Source: Chlamydiales bacterium
GTDB taxonomy: Bacteria > Chlamydiota > Chlamydiia > Chlamydiales > JAAZZY01
DNA: 64,000 nt
Reading direction: 5' to 3'
Assembly: GCA_965206695.1 (NCBI GenBank)
Contig: CBDBKM010000010.1
Location: forward strand, 224,001-288,000
This document shows positions 52,642-63,500 of the stretch, piece by piece (positions within the stretch are counted from its first letter, which is position 1; each line of letters opens with the position of its first letter). The notes under the pieces were generated by a model that did not search any database, had not been told where the DNA came from, and saw only the letters and a list, made by a program, of their open reading frames with translations. The position numbers and the translations under genes are program-made.

Positions 52642-53735
52642 TACCCCTTATGAATCAAAGTGCCGATTCTAAGACTTGAAAATGATCATTGATTCGTTTC
52701 CTCATTGATTGAGCAATAGAGGGCCAAGTATTTTCAAAAAATCCGGTAATCGATCTCCGAAATTCTTTAGCAGAATTAAAAAACCGATTATTGCGACAAT
52801 ATTCATTCATCACTTTCCATAGTCGTTCAATGGGATTGAGGTTAGGACTGTAAGAAGGTAAATAATAGAGAATAATACCTTGTTTTTCTGCTTCTTGTTT
52901 GGTCTGAATACTTGTATTATAAGGGCCTTGATCTAAAATAAGATGGATATTTGGAGCTGAGGGGTATTTTGACCGTAGCAAAGCAAAATGCTTTGCCGTG
53001 GTACCGCTATTTAATGTTTCATAAGCATCTATTGTTACCTTCATACTGTTTAAATTGATAGACCCCATAAGATTCATTCGAGTACGAGAAGCTGTTGTTG
53101 CAATCAATTTATCTGTTCCCGGTCGAATCCAACCATAAGAAATTTTAGTTGCCATAGTTGGATGTACACTATCAGCAAATTCAACAGGCTCATTTTTAGG
53201 CAGAGATGCCATAAGCTTGGCGTAAAATTGCATCCAAGTTTTTTGTTGATCAGAATTTGCCTTAGCCGGTGTACCTTTAGGCTTTTTATAGGAAAAACCA
53301 TGTGAGTGTAGCCAAGAAGTCATCCCTGAAATCGTATAAACAATGCCATATTTCGCGAGAACATAAGAACAGATCTCTTCTACTTTGACATAGGTATGAG
53401 TTGTTAAATGTTTAATGAATTCTTCTGACTGTGGCGCAAGAAGTTTACTGACTGAACCACCGCTTTCTACATGCAATTGCTGTTTATTTTGATATTCTTT
53501 AATGTGACGAGACACTGTTTCATCGTCTAAAAGCACAGCTTCAGCAATACGAGTATTACTCCAACCTTTATTCGACAATAGAACAGCCTTGATACGATCT
53601 CGTATACGACCATTCTTTTCTCGTTTATGTTGCTGTCTGAGATGCTTTTCTTCTGATAGTGTTAAAAATGAATTCATACAAAATAATTTACACTATACGA
53701 ATACAAAATATCCGGAGGTTTATTCGTGATGAGTA
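52642..53735 (-). mobile_element. IS630-family element (type a), complete
   Basis: TA-flanked; ends TACCCCTTATGAAT/ATTCGTGATGAGTA. Confidence 0.88.
52655..53677 (-). CDS. IS630-family transposase
   Basis: FADSVHP, ILDQGPY, LPSYSPNLNPIERLWK. Confidence 0.93.
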   Translation of the reverse strand: MNSFLTLSEEKHLRQQHKREKNGRIRDRIKAVLLSNKGWSNTRIAEAVLLDDETVSRHIKEYQNKQQLHVESGGSVSKLLAPQSEEFIKHLTTHTYVKVEEICSYVLAKYGIVYTISGMTSWLHSHGFSYKKPKGTPAKANSDQQKTWMQFYAKLMASLPKNEPVEFADSVHPTMATKISYGWIRPGTDKLIATTASRTRMNLMGSINLNSMKVTIDAYETLNSGTTAKHFALLRSKYPSAPNIHLILDQGPYNTSIQTKQEAEKQGIILYYLPSYSPNLNPIERLWKVMNEYCRNNRFFNSAKEFRRSITGFFENTWPSIAQSMRKRINDHFQVLESAL

Positions 53736-53737
53736 TA

Positions 53738-53946
53738 TAGTACTTTAATTTTTATTTGATAATATGTTATCCTTCTTTTTTTATACAAACAGTTAGGATC
53801 TTTGTCCCTATTTTGTGCCTAACTTTACAAAAAGTGGTATGATCAGGAGTATTCTCTTGAATGTAGCGTTCTAGTTCTCGGTCGCTTAGATTTTCCATGA
53901 TATATCGATGGGTATTGCAAAAAAAAACAAAAAGGACATTTAAACC
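53738..53946. mobile_element. Mosaic relic: IS630 type b left end plus IS5-like fragment
   Basis: 53738-53792 matches 20078-20132; the minus strand reads LSDRELERYIQEN/TPDHTTFCKVR. Confidence 0.6.
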
Positions 53947-54059
53947 CAAAACTCAGGTTGATAAGGTAATCTGTATATATATCTAGGAGCTGTTTTGACA
54001 TATTTTTTCCTCATAATTAGAGAAAAAATTATAAAGATAAAAAACTTTCTTTACATCAC

Positions 54060-54485
54060 CTTTGCGTAAGGTGAGTCACAAGAATAAAAACAACTTTCTA
54101 TTTCAGCTCATCTTTTTATAAAATAAAGACTTTCAATAAGCCTCACTTCTTTAAAAAATGGCTATTTGAGACCCAAAACAACTCTAACGGTAAGTCTTTA
54201 TTGTAATTTTCAAATATGAAATCATTCGCTTTCTAATAACGTGCGAAGAATGATGAATCTATTAAGCAAAATGTAAGCCTTGCAAAATCGCCTACCAAGG
54301 TTGAGAGATCTCAAAAAAAGCATATTTTTGCATCTCTTGTTGCTTATTGCAAGCTAGAATTGTTAAAAGTTAAGACCCGCTTAAATCATTTTGCTCTTAA
54401 ATATCAATTGTTAATTAAGGCAAATCAGGTAACCGTTTATGAACTGAAAAAATGACATGCTACTTGATCTTGCGTAAGGTGAGTT
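54060..54485 (+). mobile_element. IS701-like transposase 3' relic
   Basis: KQNVSLAKSPTK...HIFASLVAYCKLELLK...NHFALK; TGCGTAAGGTGAG occurs near 54063 and near 54471. Confidence 0.65.
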
Positions 54486-54506
54486 ACAAATCTCAAAAAA
54501 TTCGCT

Positions 54507-55259
54507 ATGAATGAAATGAAAGGGAAGGTCGCGATAGTAACAGGAGCTACATCAGGTATTGGTCGTGAAGTTGCGTTATTGTTTGCTTCTCGTGGCATTA
54601 AAGTCGTGGCAGCCGGCCGTGATGAGGATACAGGCTCTCATTTGATCAAGGAAATCTTAAAAGATGGCGGAGAGGCCATATTTGTTAAAACAGAGATTAC
54701 AAATGCACTATCCGTTCAAAATCTTGTCGGTACTGCCAAAAAGCAATTTAGTGGATTAGATTATGCTTTTAACAATGCAGGCATTGAAGGCGTTTTGGGT
54801 CCTATTGCGGATATGGAAGAAGGTCACTGGGATGATGTAATCAATACTAATTTGAAAGGGATGTGGCTCTGTTTAAAATATGAGTTCTCAGAAATTTTGC
54901 ATCGTGGCGGAGGAGCCATTGTTAATACTTCGACCAACCTGACTAGATTGGGCTTACTGGGGACGGCGGGGTATGTAGCCGGTAAGGCCGGTGTAGATGC
55001 ATTGACGCAGGTTGCCGCTATTGAATATGGCAACCATGGCATTCGAGTAAATGCAATCAATCCGGGGGCTGTTGATACACCCATGCTACGACGTATCTAT
55101 AATTCAGAGCAAGTGCAGCAAGTAAAGCAATCTAACCCCTTGAACAAAATTGCTACTCCTAAAGATATTGCTCAAACCGTTCTTTGGTTATGTTCTCCAA
55201 TGTCAAACCATGTGAATGGAACCTGTGTTGTTATTGATGGTGGGGCGATACTTTTATGA
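54507..55259 (+). CDS. Short-chain dehydrogenase/reductase
   Basis: TGATSGIG, NNAG, YVAGK, NAINPG. Confidence 0.92.
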   Translation: MNEMKGKVAIVTGATSGIGREVALLFASRGIKVVAAGRDEDTGSHLIKEILKDGGEAIFVKTEITNALSVQNLVGTAKKQFSGLDYAFNNAGIEGVLGPIADMEEGHWDDVINTNLKGMWLCLKYEFSEILHRGGGAIVNTSTNLTRLGLLGTAGYVAGKAGVDALTQVAAIEYGNHGIRVNAINPGAVDTPMLRRIYNSEQVQQVKQSNPLNKIATPKDIAQTVLWLCSPMSNHVNGTCVVIDGGAILL

Positions 55260-55267
55260 TTGCCTTA

Positions 55268-56324
55268 TGATCTTGCAACCTTTTTTTATACACATGAAAC
55301 ACGTAATTTTTGTTGATCATAGGCTTTTTCGAATGGCTCAGGAGATCTATATCCTAAGGAAGAATGCAGTCTTTTTCGATTATAAAAATGTTCAATATAT
55401 TCAAATATTGCCAATTTAGCCTCTTTTTTAATTTGAAATTTTTTAAAATAAGCCGGCTCAGTTGTTACTGTATGAAAAAAGCTTTCTATCGGAGCATTAT
55501 CATAATAACTCCCTTGACTCATGCTCTGATTAACAGCATTTTGAAATTTTTACTTGTATATTGAGAGCCTCTGTCTGAATGATGGATAAGATTGTTGACA
55601 GGAGCTCTGCTAAAATAAGCTTGTTTAAGAGCTGTTTCTACTATGTCAGAACGCATATGCTCTTGAATGGAATTATCTTATAACCTTCTTAAAGAAAAGA
55701 TCTCATATTGCCGCTAGGCACAGTCTGTCTTCATTAGTAGCGATCAAACTTTGTTAGGAGAATCTATTTGAAACTTTCGCTGCAATCTATCCGGAGCGGT
55801 CTCTACTACTGTTTTTTTACGATGGCGATATTTTCTGTTCATAAGAGCTCTTAAACCTAGTTGTTTCATTAACTGAGCTGCTTTTTTTCTTGAACAAGTG
55901 TATCCTTGACTGTATAAAATAGATAGATTGGATTTTCTTTTTTTAATTGTATATTTCCTCTTTCAGTTTTAGATATATCGTGTTTAAGATAAGAGTAATA
56001 ACCTCTACAGGAAACTCGCATCACTAATGCTATCTTCTTTACGGGAAATAAATAAGTCTGTTCTCTCATAAATTGAAACCTCACTTTTTTTGGCTTAAGA
56101 AGATGGCGGCGGTCTTTTTTAAGATATCTCTTTCGAGCTTGACATCAAAAGCTTCTGCTGTTTCTCTTACTTTCTTTTTTGAAGAAAGATAATGCTCTAC
56201 TACATCTAGTTTAAATTGACGGTCATATTGTTTAGTTTGACGCCTCATCTTTAATAGACTCCAAGTAAAAAATTGTATTTATTTTATTTGTATTTTAAGT
56301 GTGCATTAAAGTGTAGCAAGATCA
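55268..56324 (-). mobile_element. Degraded IS3-family element
   Basis: TGATCTTGC terminal repeats; HHSDRGSQY, YDNAPIESFF, YNRKRLHSSLGY fragments. Confidence 0.85.
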
Positions 56325-56442
56325 CAAGCTCATCAAACGCTTTTTTCTAGTCGTTGAATACAACCTATTGTTTTTTAAAAAAAAATAATGTTTTTTTAAA
56401 TTATTTAAACGATTATTCTTATTACAATAGTTTATCTAAATA

Positions 56443-57942
56443 TTGAATTTTATTTACATGGAAACAAAAGATTTACAACGCTGCAAGCAATGGCGAGCTC
56501 GAAAATATCAGGTGACTTTAGAAGAACTTTATCAGAGTACCGGAGAAGTTATGATTCAGCAATTATTTAAGCAATTAAGTGCTGCTCTCCCCACCCAAAA
56601 AAAGTACCGGTTACTGGTATATTATACTTTAAAGACTTTAAAAAACCTGATACTCGGGCAGACAAAATCGACATCCTTAAATTATAGACGAGTGCATTCT
56701 AAATTTTTAAGAAATTTTAGAAAGGCATTGAATCAATTAGAGCATAAAAAGGTTATAGATGATCCTATAGCACTTGTATGTAAGGAAGCTCTTAATAACC
56801 TATCTTCTGTTCGCTTTCTGGGTATCCATTGTTTTACTTTTGGAACGGATCTTATAGAGCAGGTAATTTTAAATGGCTTAAGTCAAAGAAACCAATCTGA
56901 TACGTTAGATAACTTAGATCAATGGTTAGAAAATGCTCCTTTTGATGAGGAATGTTTTTGTATCAGTAACGCAGATAAGCATTTGAAAGCTCCTTTTCTA
57001 TTTATGGCGGTTCGGAAGTTGTTTGGTAGAACGAATACCTTTTTCGATCCACATCAATACAATCATCCCTTCTTACTCTATACCTTTGACCTATTACAAG
57101 CTGATGGAGGAGTGAAGGAAGTCTCTATTATTCGAATGGGTACTCCAACCAAAGAATTTTTTTTCGGTTGTAAGGCAAAGATAATACCTGAATTTAAATC
57201 TTATTTGAGATTTCTACAAGAAAAAGGACAAGTTCATCTCTATATTAACAAGCAACAGTTAAAGGGAGTTGAAGGTTATAGATCAAAAGCTTTGAAAGAT
57301 CTTCAATTAGAATTCAATAATTTTTATTGCGTTAGCCTGCCATCAGATGGGGTATTTTATGAACAGGGGACAGAAGCGCTATCCGGTGAGGAGTTTAAGG
57401 AAATATTTTTTCAGGTCCTTATTTCAGATACCGGTGATTTTGATTTTCCCGGGCAATGGAAAGAGGATAAGGCATTTATATTAGAATTAAAAAGGTTATT
57501 AGATGAAGTACACGAAGATTTTTTTGGGAATAAGAGTGAATTAAAAAGCCCGGACTTAAGAAATTTTATTGAACACTATTATACATTATTAGAGCTTTTT
57601 CTTATTTATTATACTGCAGCAGATTCTTTTAATATCACCTGTAAAGATGGAATAGATAGGGCGGCCAAGGAACAGACTAAATTATTGTTATATCTACAGG
57701 TTATCCAAGAAGTAAATGAGGATATAGAAACGAAAAAAGAGAGATGGTATGCTATGCATGTTCCCTCTTTTTTCGTCAAAAAGCGCTCGATTATTTCGTC
57801 AAGGCGCACTCGGTTAAGCGGGGCTTTAAAAGGTTATACCGAAACGACCAAGCAAAGATTGAGAAAAAGGCATCAGCAGAAAATGTTGGTCAAGGGTTGT
57901 CCTCGTTTTGTTAAACGAGAAAAACAACCCATTTCTTTCTAA
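56443..57942 (+). CDS. CX5R-motif phosphatase-like protein (putative phosphoinositide phosphatase)
   Basis: FNITCKDGIDRA near the C-terminus; likely start is the ATG at 56458. Confidence 0.6.
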   Translation: MNFIYMETKDLQRCKQWRARKYQVTLEELYQSTGEVMIQQLFKQLSAALPTQKKYRLLVYYTLKTLKNLILGQTKSTSLNYRRVHSKFLRNFRKALNQLEHKKVIDDPIALVCKEALNNLSSVRFLGIHCFTFGTDLIEQVILNGLSQRNQSDTLDNLDQWLENAPFDEECFCISNADKHLKAPFLFMAVRKLFGRTNTFFDPHQYNHPFLLYTFDLLQADGGVKEVSIIRMGTPTKEFFFGCKAKIIPEFKSYLRFLQEKGQVHLYINKQQLKGVEGYRSKALKDLQLEFNNFYCVSLPSDGVFYEQGTEALSGEEFKEIFFQVLISDTGDFDFPGQWKEDKAFILELKRLLDEVHEDFFGNKSELKSPDLRNFIEHYYTLLELFLIYYTAADSFNITCKDGIDRAAKEQTKLLLYLQVIQEVNEDIETKKERWYAMHVPSFFVKKRSIISSRRTRLSGALKGYTETTKQRLRKRHQQKMLVKGCPRFVKREKQPISF

Positions 57943-57996
57943 CCGTACGGTATTTAGCAAGGCACTATAAATATTAACTAATTATGAATTAGATAT

Positions 57997-58437
57997 TTAT
58001 GATCGAATTTCGAATTCGCCTTTTTGCCTTCCTGCAGCTCCTTGTGAGAGCTCCCCTTGGAAATCGCCTTCATCACAACCAGTAAACTTTAATCGTAAAT
58101 TTAATTTGTTAAATTCGCGTAACCCGGACGCTGAAGTCATAATTAAATCTGCTTTATTAGGGCCTACTTTTCTATAAACGTACGAACCAGATGAAAAAAA
58201 TGACCCATTTTCGGTCTTCATTTGATAAGTAAGTGAGTTATCATCAAAAGTAGCATAAAGCTTCTTACCTTCAAGGTTTTCAAAAAACCCTGTAGTTGCC
58301 GTATATGTGAATTCAACGGTTTTTCCGGAGACTCTTCTTGGAGCCTTACCATATTTGACACCATCGCAGCTGTTAGAACAGCTCGTTAAGGATATCGCAC
58401 AAAAGAGCGATAATATTCCTATTAGCATAGTTTTCAT
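57997..58437 (-). CDS. Lipoprotein, tandem paralog 4
   Basis: Lipobox LTSC; shared motifs EF.YT, SGSY.Y, GP.KADL, NKL.L.L.FT. Confidence 0.8.
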   Translation of the reverse strand: MKTMLIGILSLFCAISLTSCSNSCDGVKYGKAPRRVSGKTVEFTYTATTGFFENLEGKKLYATFDDNSLTYQMKTENGSFFSSGSYVYRKVGPNKADLIMTSASGLREFNKLNLRLKFTGCDEGDFQGELSQGAAGRQKGEFEIRS

Positions 58438-58610
58438 TGCTTACCTCCTGTATCCATGTAGTTGGGTATCCTTTCCCTAACCGGAAATTATCAAATGAGT
58501 AAAAAAAAGGGAAGAATTTATAAGAAAAAATAGTGGGAATAGGATGAATGATTCATTTTATAATTCTAACATCGGATTTAGGACTCCGATCCCCTATTCC
58601 CAAGTAGAAA

Positions 58611-59144
58611 TTAAGAATCAACAAATATGAACTTGCCTCTTTGTCTACCTACAGCTCCTTGCTGTAGCTTACCATTGAATGTCCCTTCTTTCTTGGAAGT
58701 AAAACGAAGAGTTAAATCTAACTTATTCATTTCTCGCATTCCTGATGAGGAAATCATTATGAGGTCCGCTTTACTTGGCCCGGTTTGATGGTAAGCATAT
58801 GACCCTGATGATACAAATTGACCCGAATCAGTTTTTACCTGATAAGTCAAAGAGTCCTCATCAAAAGTAATACATTGCTTTTTCCCATGTAACTCAGCAT
58901 AAAATCCTGTAGTGGAAGTGTATTGAAATTCAATCGTTCTTCCTGCAATTGTTTTAATTGCAACAGCATCTTTTATACTTTCTTCTGAAAGACTTCCGGG
59001 TTTTGAATATGTTGTTTGTTCGTGTCTATGATCTCTTTTAGTTGAATCCCCCGGTTTAGCTTGTCCTTTTTGTTGCTGTTGATTACAGCTTGCTAAAGAA
59101 ACAGCTAAAAGCAGGGTTAGTAACCCTAATAATTTAGTTTTCAT
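58611..59144 (-). CDS. Lipoprotein, tandem paralog 3
   Basis: Lipobox LASC, Gln-rich linker, same domain. Confidence 0.8.
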   Translation of the reverse strand: MKTKLLGLLTLLLAVSLASCNQQQQKGQAKPGDSTKRDHRHEQTTYSKPGSLSEESIKDAVAIKTIAGRTIEFQYTSTTGFYAELHGKKQCITFDEDSLTYQVKTDSGQFVSSGSYAYHQTGPSKADLIMISSSGMREMNKLDLTLRFTSKKEGTFNGKLQQGAVGRQRGKFIFVDS

Positions 59145-59336
59145 CGCCTTACCTCCTTATACTGGCAGCAGTGTAAGCTCCCTTTACACTTTAAACCATT
59201 ACTAACATAGAAAGAAAAAAAAGAGAAGAAATTATCTATAGTATTTCGATTCAGTGAAATAGTGAAGAATAAAATTAGGGCTTGATAAAATAATTATATA
59301 AAATCATTTTGACCCAAGCCCTTGAAAAAATAGTAA

Positions 59337-59783
59337 CTAGCAGTCATCTAGTTCAAATGTGCCTCTCTGATAACCGACAGCCCCTTCTGATAGTTCTCCT
59401 CTAAATTTACCTTCATCACTATCTGTAAAATGAAGTTTTAGATTCAACTTATTAAATTGGGGGCCTTCTACACTAGTGAATATCAGATCTGCGTGATCAG
59501 GACCGGACTTTAAATACGCATAAGAACCTGATGCATAGATGTCTCCCTTTTGTGTTTTGGTTGTATACGTCATAGAACCTTTATCAAAGGTTGTATAAAG
59601 TGTTTGTTTAGTTAAATTATGAAATGCCCCTTTTGCATGGGTATAATAAAATTCCATTCTCATTCCGGAAATATTTTCCGGTGCATAAGATTTGGGACAT
59701 TTCTCTCTTAGCTCACTTGAACTACAACTACTTAGAGTTAAAGCAGTCAATAAAGCGAATAGACCTAAGATCTTGGCTTTCAT
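59337..59783 (-). CDS. Lipoprotein, tandem paralog 2
   Basis: Lipobox LSSC, same domain. Confidence 0.8.
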   Translation of the reverse strand: MKAKILGLFALLTALTLSSCSSSELREKCPKSYAPENISGMRMEFYYTHAKGAFHNLTKQTLYTTFDKGSMTYTTKTQKGDIYASGSYAYLKSGPDHADLIFTSVEGPQFNKLNLKLHFTDSDEGKFRGELSEGAVGYQRGTFELDDC

Positions 59784-59904
59784 CTCCTATCCTCCTTGAA
59801 ATGGCTATGTAAATAAAACCTATCTTAATCATCAAACTAACATTTTTAAAAAAATATGAAAAGCTCTTGTATAAACAAAAGCTAAAGGATTATTACTAGG
59901 ATAG

Positions 59905-60333
59905 TTATGAGCTGATTACAAACGTTCCTTCAACATATCCATCAATTCCATTGACCAAATTTCCTTTAAAATCACCTGAATTTGGCGTGAGAAAGTAGAG
60001 TTCTAATTCTAATTCATTCCCATGACTCATGGGTGAATCTGTTCTTAAGATTAGAGTGGCTATCCGGTCATTGAAAAGACTATAAATATAATGGCCGTAT
60101 GAACGAACAATTCCGGATCGTAATTTACTCTTATATATAGAAGCATCTTCAAAGACAGTATCGCGCGTATGGCCCTGTAGATTTTTAAATATTCCGGATG
60201 TGGAAGTATAATGAAACTCGATCGTTTGACCTTTGAGATAATTAGGAACCTGAGCGATCTTTTCTTGTTGTTTGCATGAGCAGCAACAGAATAGCGATAT
60301 GAGAATAAAACTATTTAAGCAATTGACTTTCAT
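59905..60333 (-). CDS. Lipoprotein, tandem paralog 1 (most divergent)
   Basis: CCCSC after a hydrophobic stretch; TIEFHYTSTSG, GHYIY, LELYF, GDFKG.L..G..G..EGTF. Confidence 0.75.
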   Translation of the reverse strand: MKVNCLNSFILISLFCCCSCKQQEKIAQVPNYLKGQTIEFHYTSTSGIFKNLQGHTRDTVFEDASIYKSKLRSGIVRSYGHYIYSLFNDRIATLILRTDSPMSHGNELELELYFLTPNSGDFKGNLVNGIDGYVEGTFVISS

Positions 60334-60653
60334 GAATTTACCTCATTGTAACTTAAGAATTTTTATCGATCTTTATCTTAAGTTGGAAGCTACCATAGCT
60401 TAGAAAAAAAATGAAAGGAATTGCGATATGCTAAAATCTTCTAAAAAGATTTTTTTTGTTACTGGCCCTAATTGGATTAAAGACAAAAGAGTCGGATAGC
60501 AGCCGGCATCTTCAAAATCAGGAAATCAATGAAGACTGCACGGATGCAGTCGACTCGCGAGTGACGGTTGCAAAGCAGAGGAATGAAAAGCGTGTTAATT
60601 ATTGGCGGTGCTGGTGCTTGGATGATACACTAGTTGATTAAAATAAAGAGTTT

Positions 60654-60800
60654 ATGATGACAGCTGTCAAGTTAAGATTCTATCCAACCCTCAAATAAAG
60701 AAGGCAACTGGCCCATGAGTTTAGTTGTTCTAAATTTGTATATAACCGGGCTTTAAACCGAAGAAGCACCTTATATAAAGAAGAGAAAAAATCGATTAAT
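60654..60800 (+). pseudogene. tnpB N-terminal relic
   Basis: MMTAVKLRFYPTLK*RRQLAHEFSCSKFVYNRAL. Confidence 0.75.
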
Positions 60801-60813
60801 TGGATTGCTCTTA

Positions 60814-61748
60814 TAGTATTTTAATTTTTATTTGATAATATGTTATCCTTCTTTTTTTATACAAACAGTAAGGACAAAACAATGCCTAGAGCCTATTCAG
60901 TAGATCTTCGAGAGAAAGTATGACAACATATAGAAAAACATCATGATAAAAAAACAGCCGGCCATATTTTTCAAGTAGGTATCGCAACAATATATCGATG
61001 GATCTTGCAAAAAAAGCAAAAAGGACATTTAAAGCCAATCCGCAGAAAATATGCTTATAAGAAATTAGATGATGAGTTGTTATCTAAATATGTAGAAAAA
61101 CATCCGGATTATTTTTTATCGGAAATTGCTGATTATTTTTCAGTCACTCCGCAAACGATTTTTTATGCCCTTAAAAGATTAAAAATTACACGAAAAAAAA
61201 AACTACTCGCTATAAGGAAAGAGATGAAAAAAAACGGGAAGCTTTTATGAAAGATTTAAAAAATATTCCCTTTGACAAGAGAATTTATCTCGATGAAACC
61301 GGGATTCATCAATTTTTATTTCGTGAGTCCGGAAGAAGCTTACGCGGCAAAAAAGTTTTTGGAGCGGTTTCAGGAAACCGCTTTATAAGGCAAAATATTA
61401 TTTCAGCCCTATCTAAAGGGCAGTTTTTATCTCCAATGTGTTTTGAAGGTACTTGTAATACCGGGTTATTCAATATTTGGCTTAAGGAAGTTTTGACTCC
61501 TCAGCTTACACCCGGTAGTGTTCTTATTCTTGACAATGCCGGTTTTCACAAGTCAGCGGAAAGCAGGAAAACAGTAGAATCTGCCGGTTGTAAGCTTATG
61601 TTTCTTCCTCCCTATTCTCCGGACTTAAATCCTATAGAAAAATATTGGGCTAATATGAAAAATAAAGTTAGAGAGATATTACGAAAAGTTACGAATTTTA
61701 AATTCGCCATTGATCAAGCAATCTTATCAATATAAAATTAAATGACTA
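60814..61748 (+). mobile_element. IS630-family element (type b), copy 2, with the same early TGA (60921-60923)
   Basis: 935 bp, TA-flanked, near-identical to 20078-21012. Confidence 0.92.
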
Positions 61749-62053
61749 TATATATTTGGGGGGATGAAGAAGGGGTATCCTCAGGAGAAAGTAACGACTT
61801 AGAATGTACGAAATATTCGGGGTATTTGACCGGTAGCCGGGGAAAAATATCACATTCTTTCATTCCTATTTTGGTAGAGTTTTTAGTTGTTGTCGCATAA
61901 GCTGCAAGGATTTGAAAGATAATATTTCCTTTTAGCAATTGATGAATAGAGCACCCGGGAGTTAAATCAAAATATTGTCTATTTTTATTTTCTGCTAAGA
62001 AATGCAACAAATCAGGATGTAGATCTACGATAGGAAACGTGGGCTACTTCTTC

Positions 62054-62962
62054 TTACGTTTTAATAATTAGATGGTCGTCTTCAGAAGCAATCGTTGTTA
62101 TTTTATTTCCATTAAAATCATCAGAGAAATCCTTAAATTGAGAGTTTGGAAGAGGGCTATTTTGCTTGAAAAGATAAGAAGAGGAATCTTCTTCATTTTT
62201 CATTTTTGATTGCTTATTATATGATGGTCTGTACATGGAAGGATTGTGAGATTGTTGACCTTCAGCTTGATCGTCATTTCTTTGGTGAGGGATTTGTTGA
62301 TTATTTTCCGGCGACTGAGATTTACGATAAGGAGTTTGATTTTGCCTAGCATCTGAATCTGATCGATTTTTTAGCGAATCATAGCTTTGATAACGTTCTT
62401 TATTTTGTTCTATTTGATTAGGATAACGGCCCTGATTTTGATTCGATGGTTCATCATGGGGAGAGGTTGGAGTGTATGATGAATTTATATGAGGTCGGTA
62501 TGGGTTACTGTATTTATCATCTTCATTTTGTCGGCTAGAAGATGGTCTTTTATTTTGACTGTGATAAGGATTAGAGTAGTTTGGTTGTTTCGTTCTTGTA
62601 GCAGGGACCGGTTGACCCGATATTTTTTCAGCAGCATCAGCTTTTGATCTATTCATTTCTTGAGTGAAAGAAGAGTGTTGTGAAGATGTTCCGGATTCAT
62701 CCTTATCAGGGTCATATGGTTCAGCCGGTTTATTTAAAGCAGGAATATCAGAATGAATAGTTGTTTCGGTTTCGGATTTTTCGTCACCTTTAGAAGGTTT
62801 AAAGTGATCTTTACCATACCAACTTTCTATTAAAGACCCTTGGTCAGGATCAGGAGGATTGTCTTTAAGCATTTGGTGAGCAGCCCGGCCCGCTTTACTA
62901 TGGCAGGCAGTAACCAAACTGAGAGTTGAAAAGAATAAGATCAAAAGTTTAATGACTTTCAT
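62054..62962 (-). CDS. Low-complexity (Ser/Gln/Asn/Pro-rich) putative lipoprotein
   Basis: LVTAC lipobox; start overlaps the exbD stop. Confidence 0.7.
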   Translation of the reverse strand: MKVIKLLILFFSTLSLVTACHSKAGRAAHQMLKDNPPDPDQGSLIESWYGKDHFKPSKGDEKSETETTIHSDIPALNKPAEPYDPDKDESGTSSQHSSFTQEMNRSKADAAEKISGQPVPATRTKQPNYSNPYHSQNKRPSSSRQNEDDKYSNPYRPHINSSYTPTSPHDEPSNQNQGRYPNQIEQNKERYQSYDSLKNRSDSDARQNQTPYRKSQSPENNQQIPHQRNDDQAEGQQSHNPSMYRPSYNKQSKMKNEEDSSSYLFKQNSPLPNSQFKDFSDDFNGNKITTIASEDDHLIIKT

Positions 62963-63482
62963 AGCATCTCCGTGAAGTTTGGGCTGTTATCTTTGTTGCT
63001 TGAGGTAACCGGTTTTGTATAAATTGGTCCGGTTCATAAACAGGGCGTACTTCAAATCCGGCTTCTCTGACAGCAAATATTGCTTTAAGAATAGGCTCCC
63101 AAGTTGCATCTTTATCAATTTTAAGTAAGACTTGCGTCATATGTTTATCATTAGGGAGTAATCCCATCTCGTATTGTTTTTTCAACTCTTCATAAATATG
63201 ATTAGCGTTCATTAAAGGATAATCCTTTATTTCTGTCATCCAGTTGTAGTGACCATCCTTTAGAATATTAATAGTGATAAATTGATAATCTAAATCAGCA
63301 CTAACAGAATAGTTATTGGATTCGGATTGCATTTTCACTAATTCAATATCGGTATCTTTTGTAGCGATTCGTGAAATTGCAAGACAAGCAAAAAATGCTA
63401 CCATGAGAAAAAGAAAATCAATCATAGGAGCAAAATTGATTCCGATTTGCGCTTTTAATTCTTCTTCAGGAATAAAGATCAT
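62949..63482 (-). CDS. exbD: ExbD/TolR-family protein
   Basis: INFAPMIDFLFL, LKIDKDATW. Confidence 0.85.
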   Translation of the reverse strand: MIFIPEEELKAQIGINFAPMIDFLFLMVAFFACLAISRIATKDTDIELVKMQSESNNYSVSADLDYQFITINILKDGHYNWMTEIKDYPLMNANHIYEELKKQYEMGLLPNDKHMTQVLLKIDKDATWEPILKAIFAVREAGFEVRPVYEPDQFIQNRLPQATKITAQTSRRCYESH

Positions 63483-63500
63483 TAAACTTAAATTCCTTTT

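Noticed and set aside
60456..60641. 61-aa ORF or possible IS110 relic
   Set aside because: Only vague similarity to IS110 motifs; not enough to call.
61738..62010. 90-aa ORF running into IS630-b
   Set aside because: May be a truncated gene, but it has no recognisable motif or RBS and its stop lies inside the IS end.
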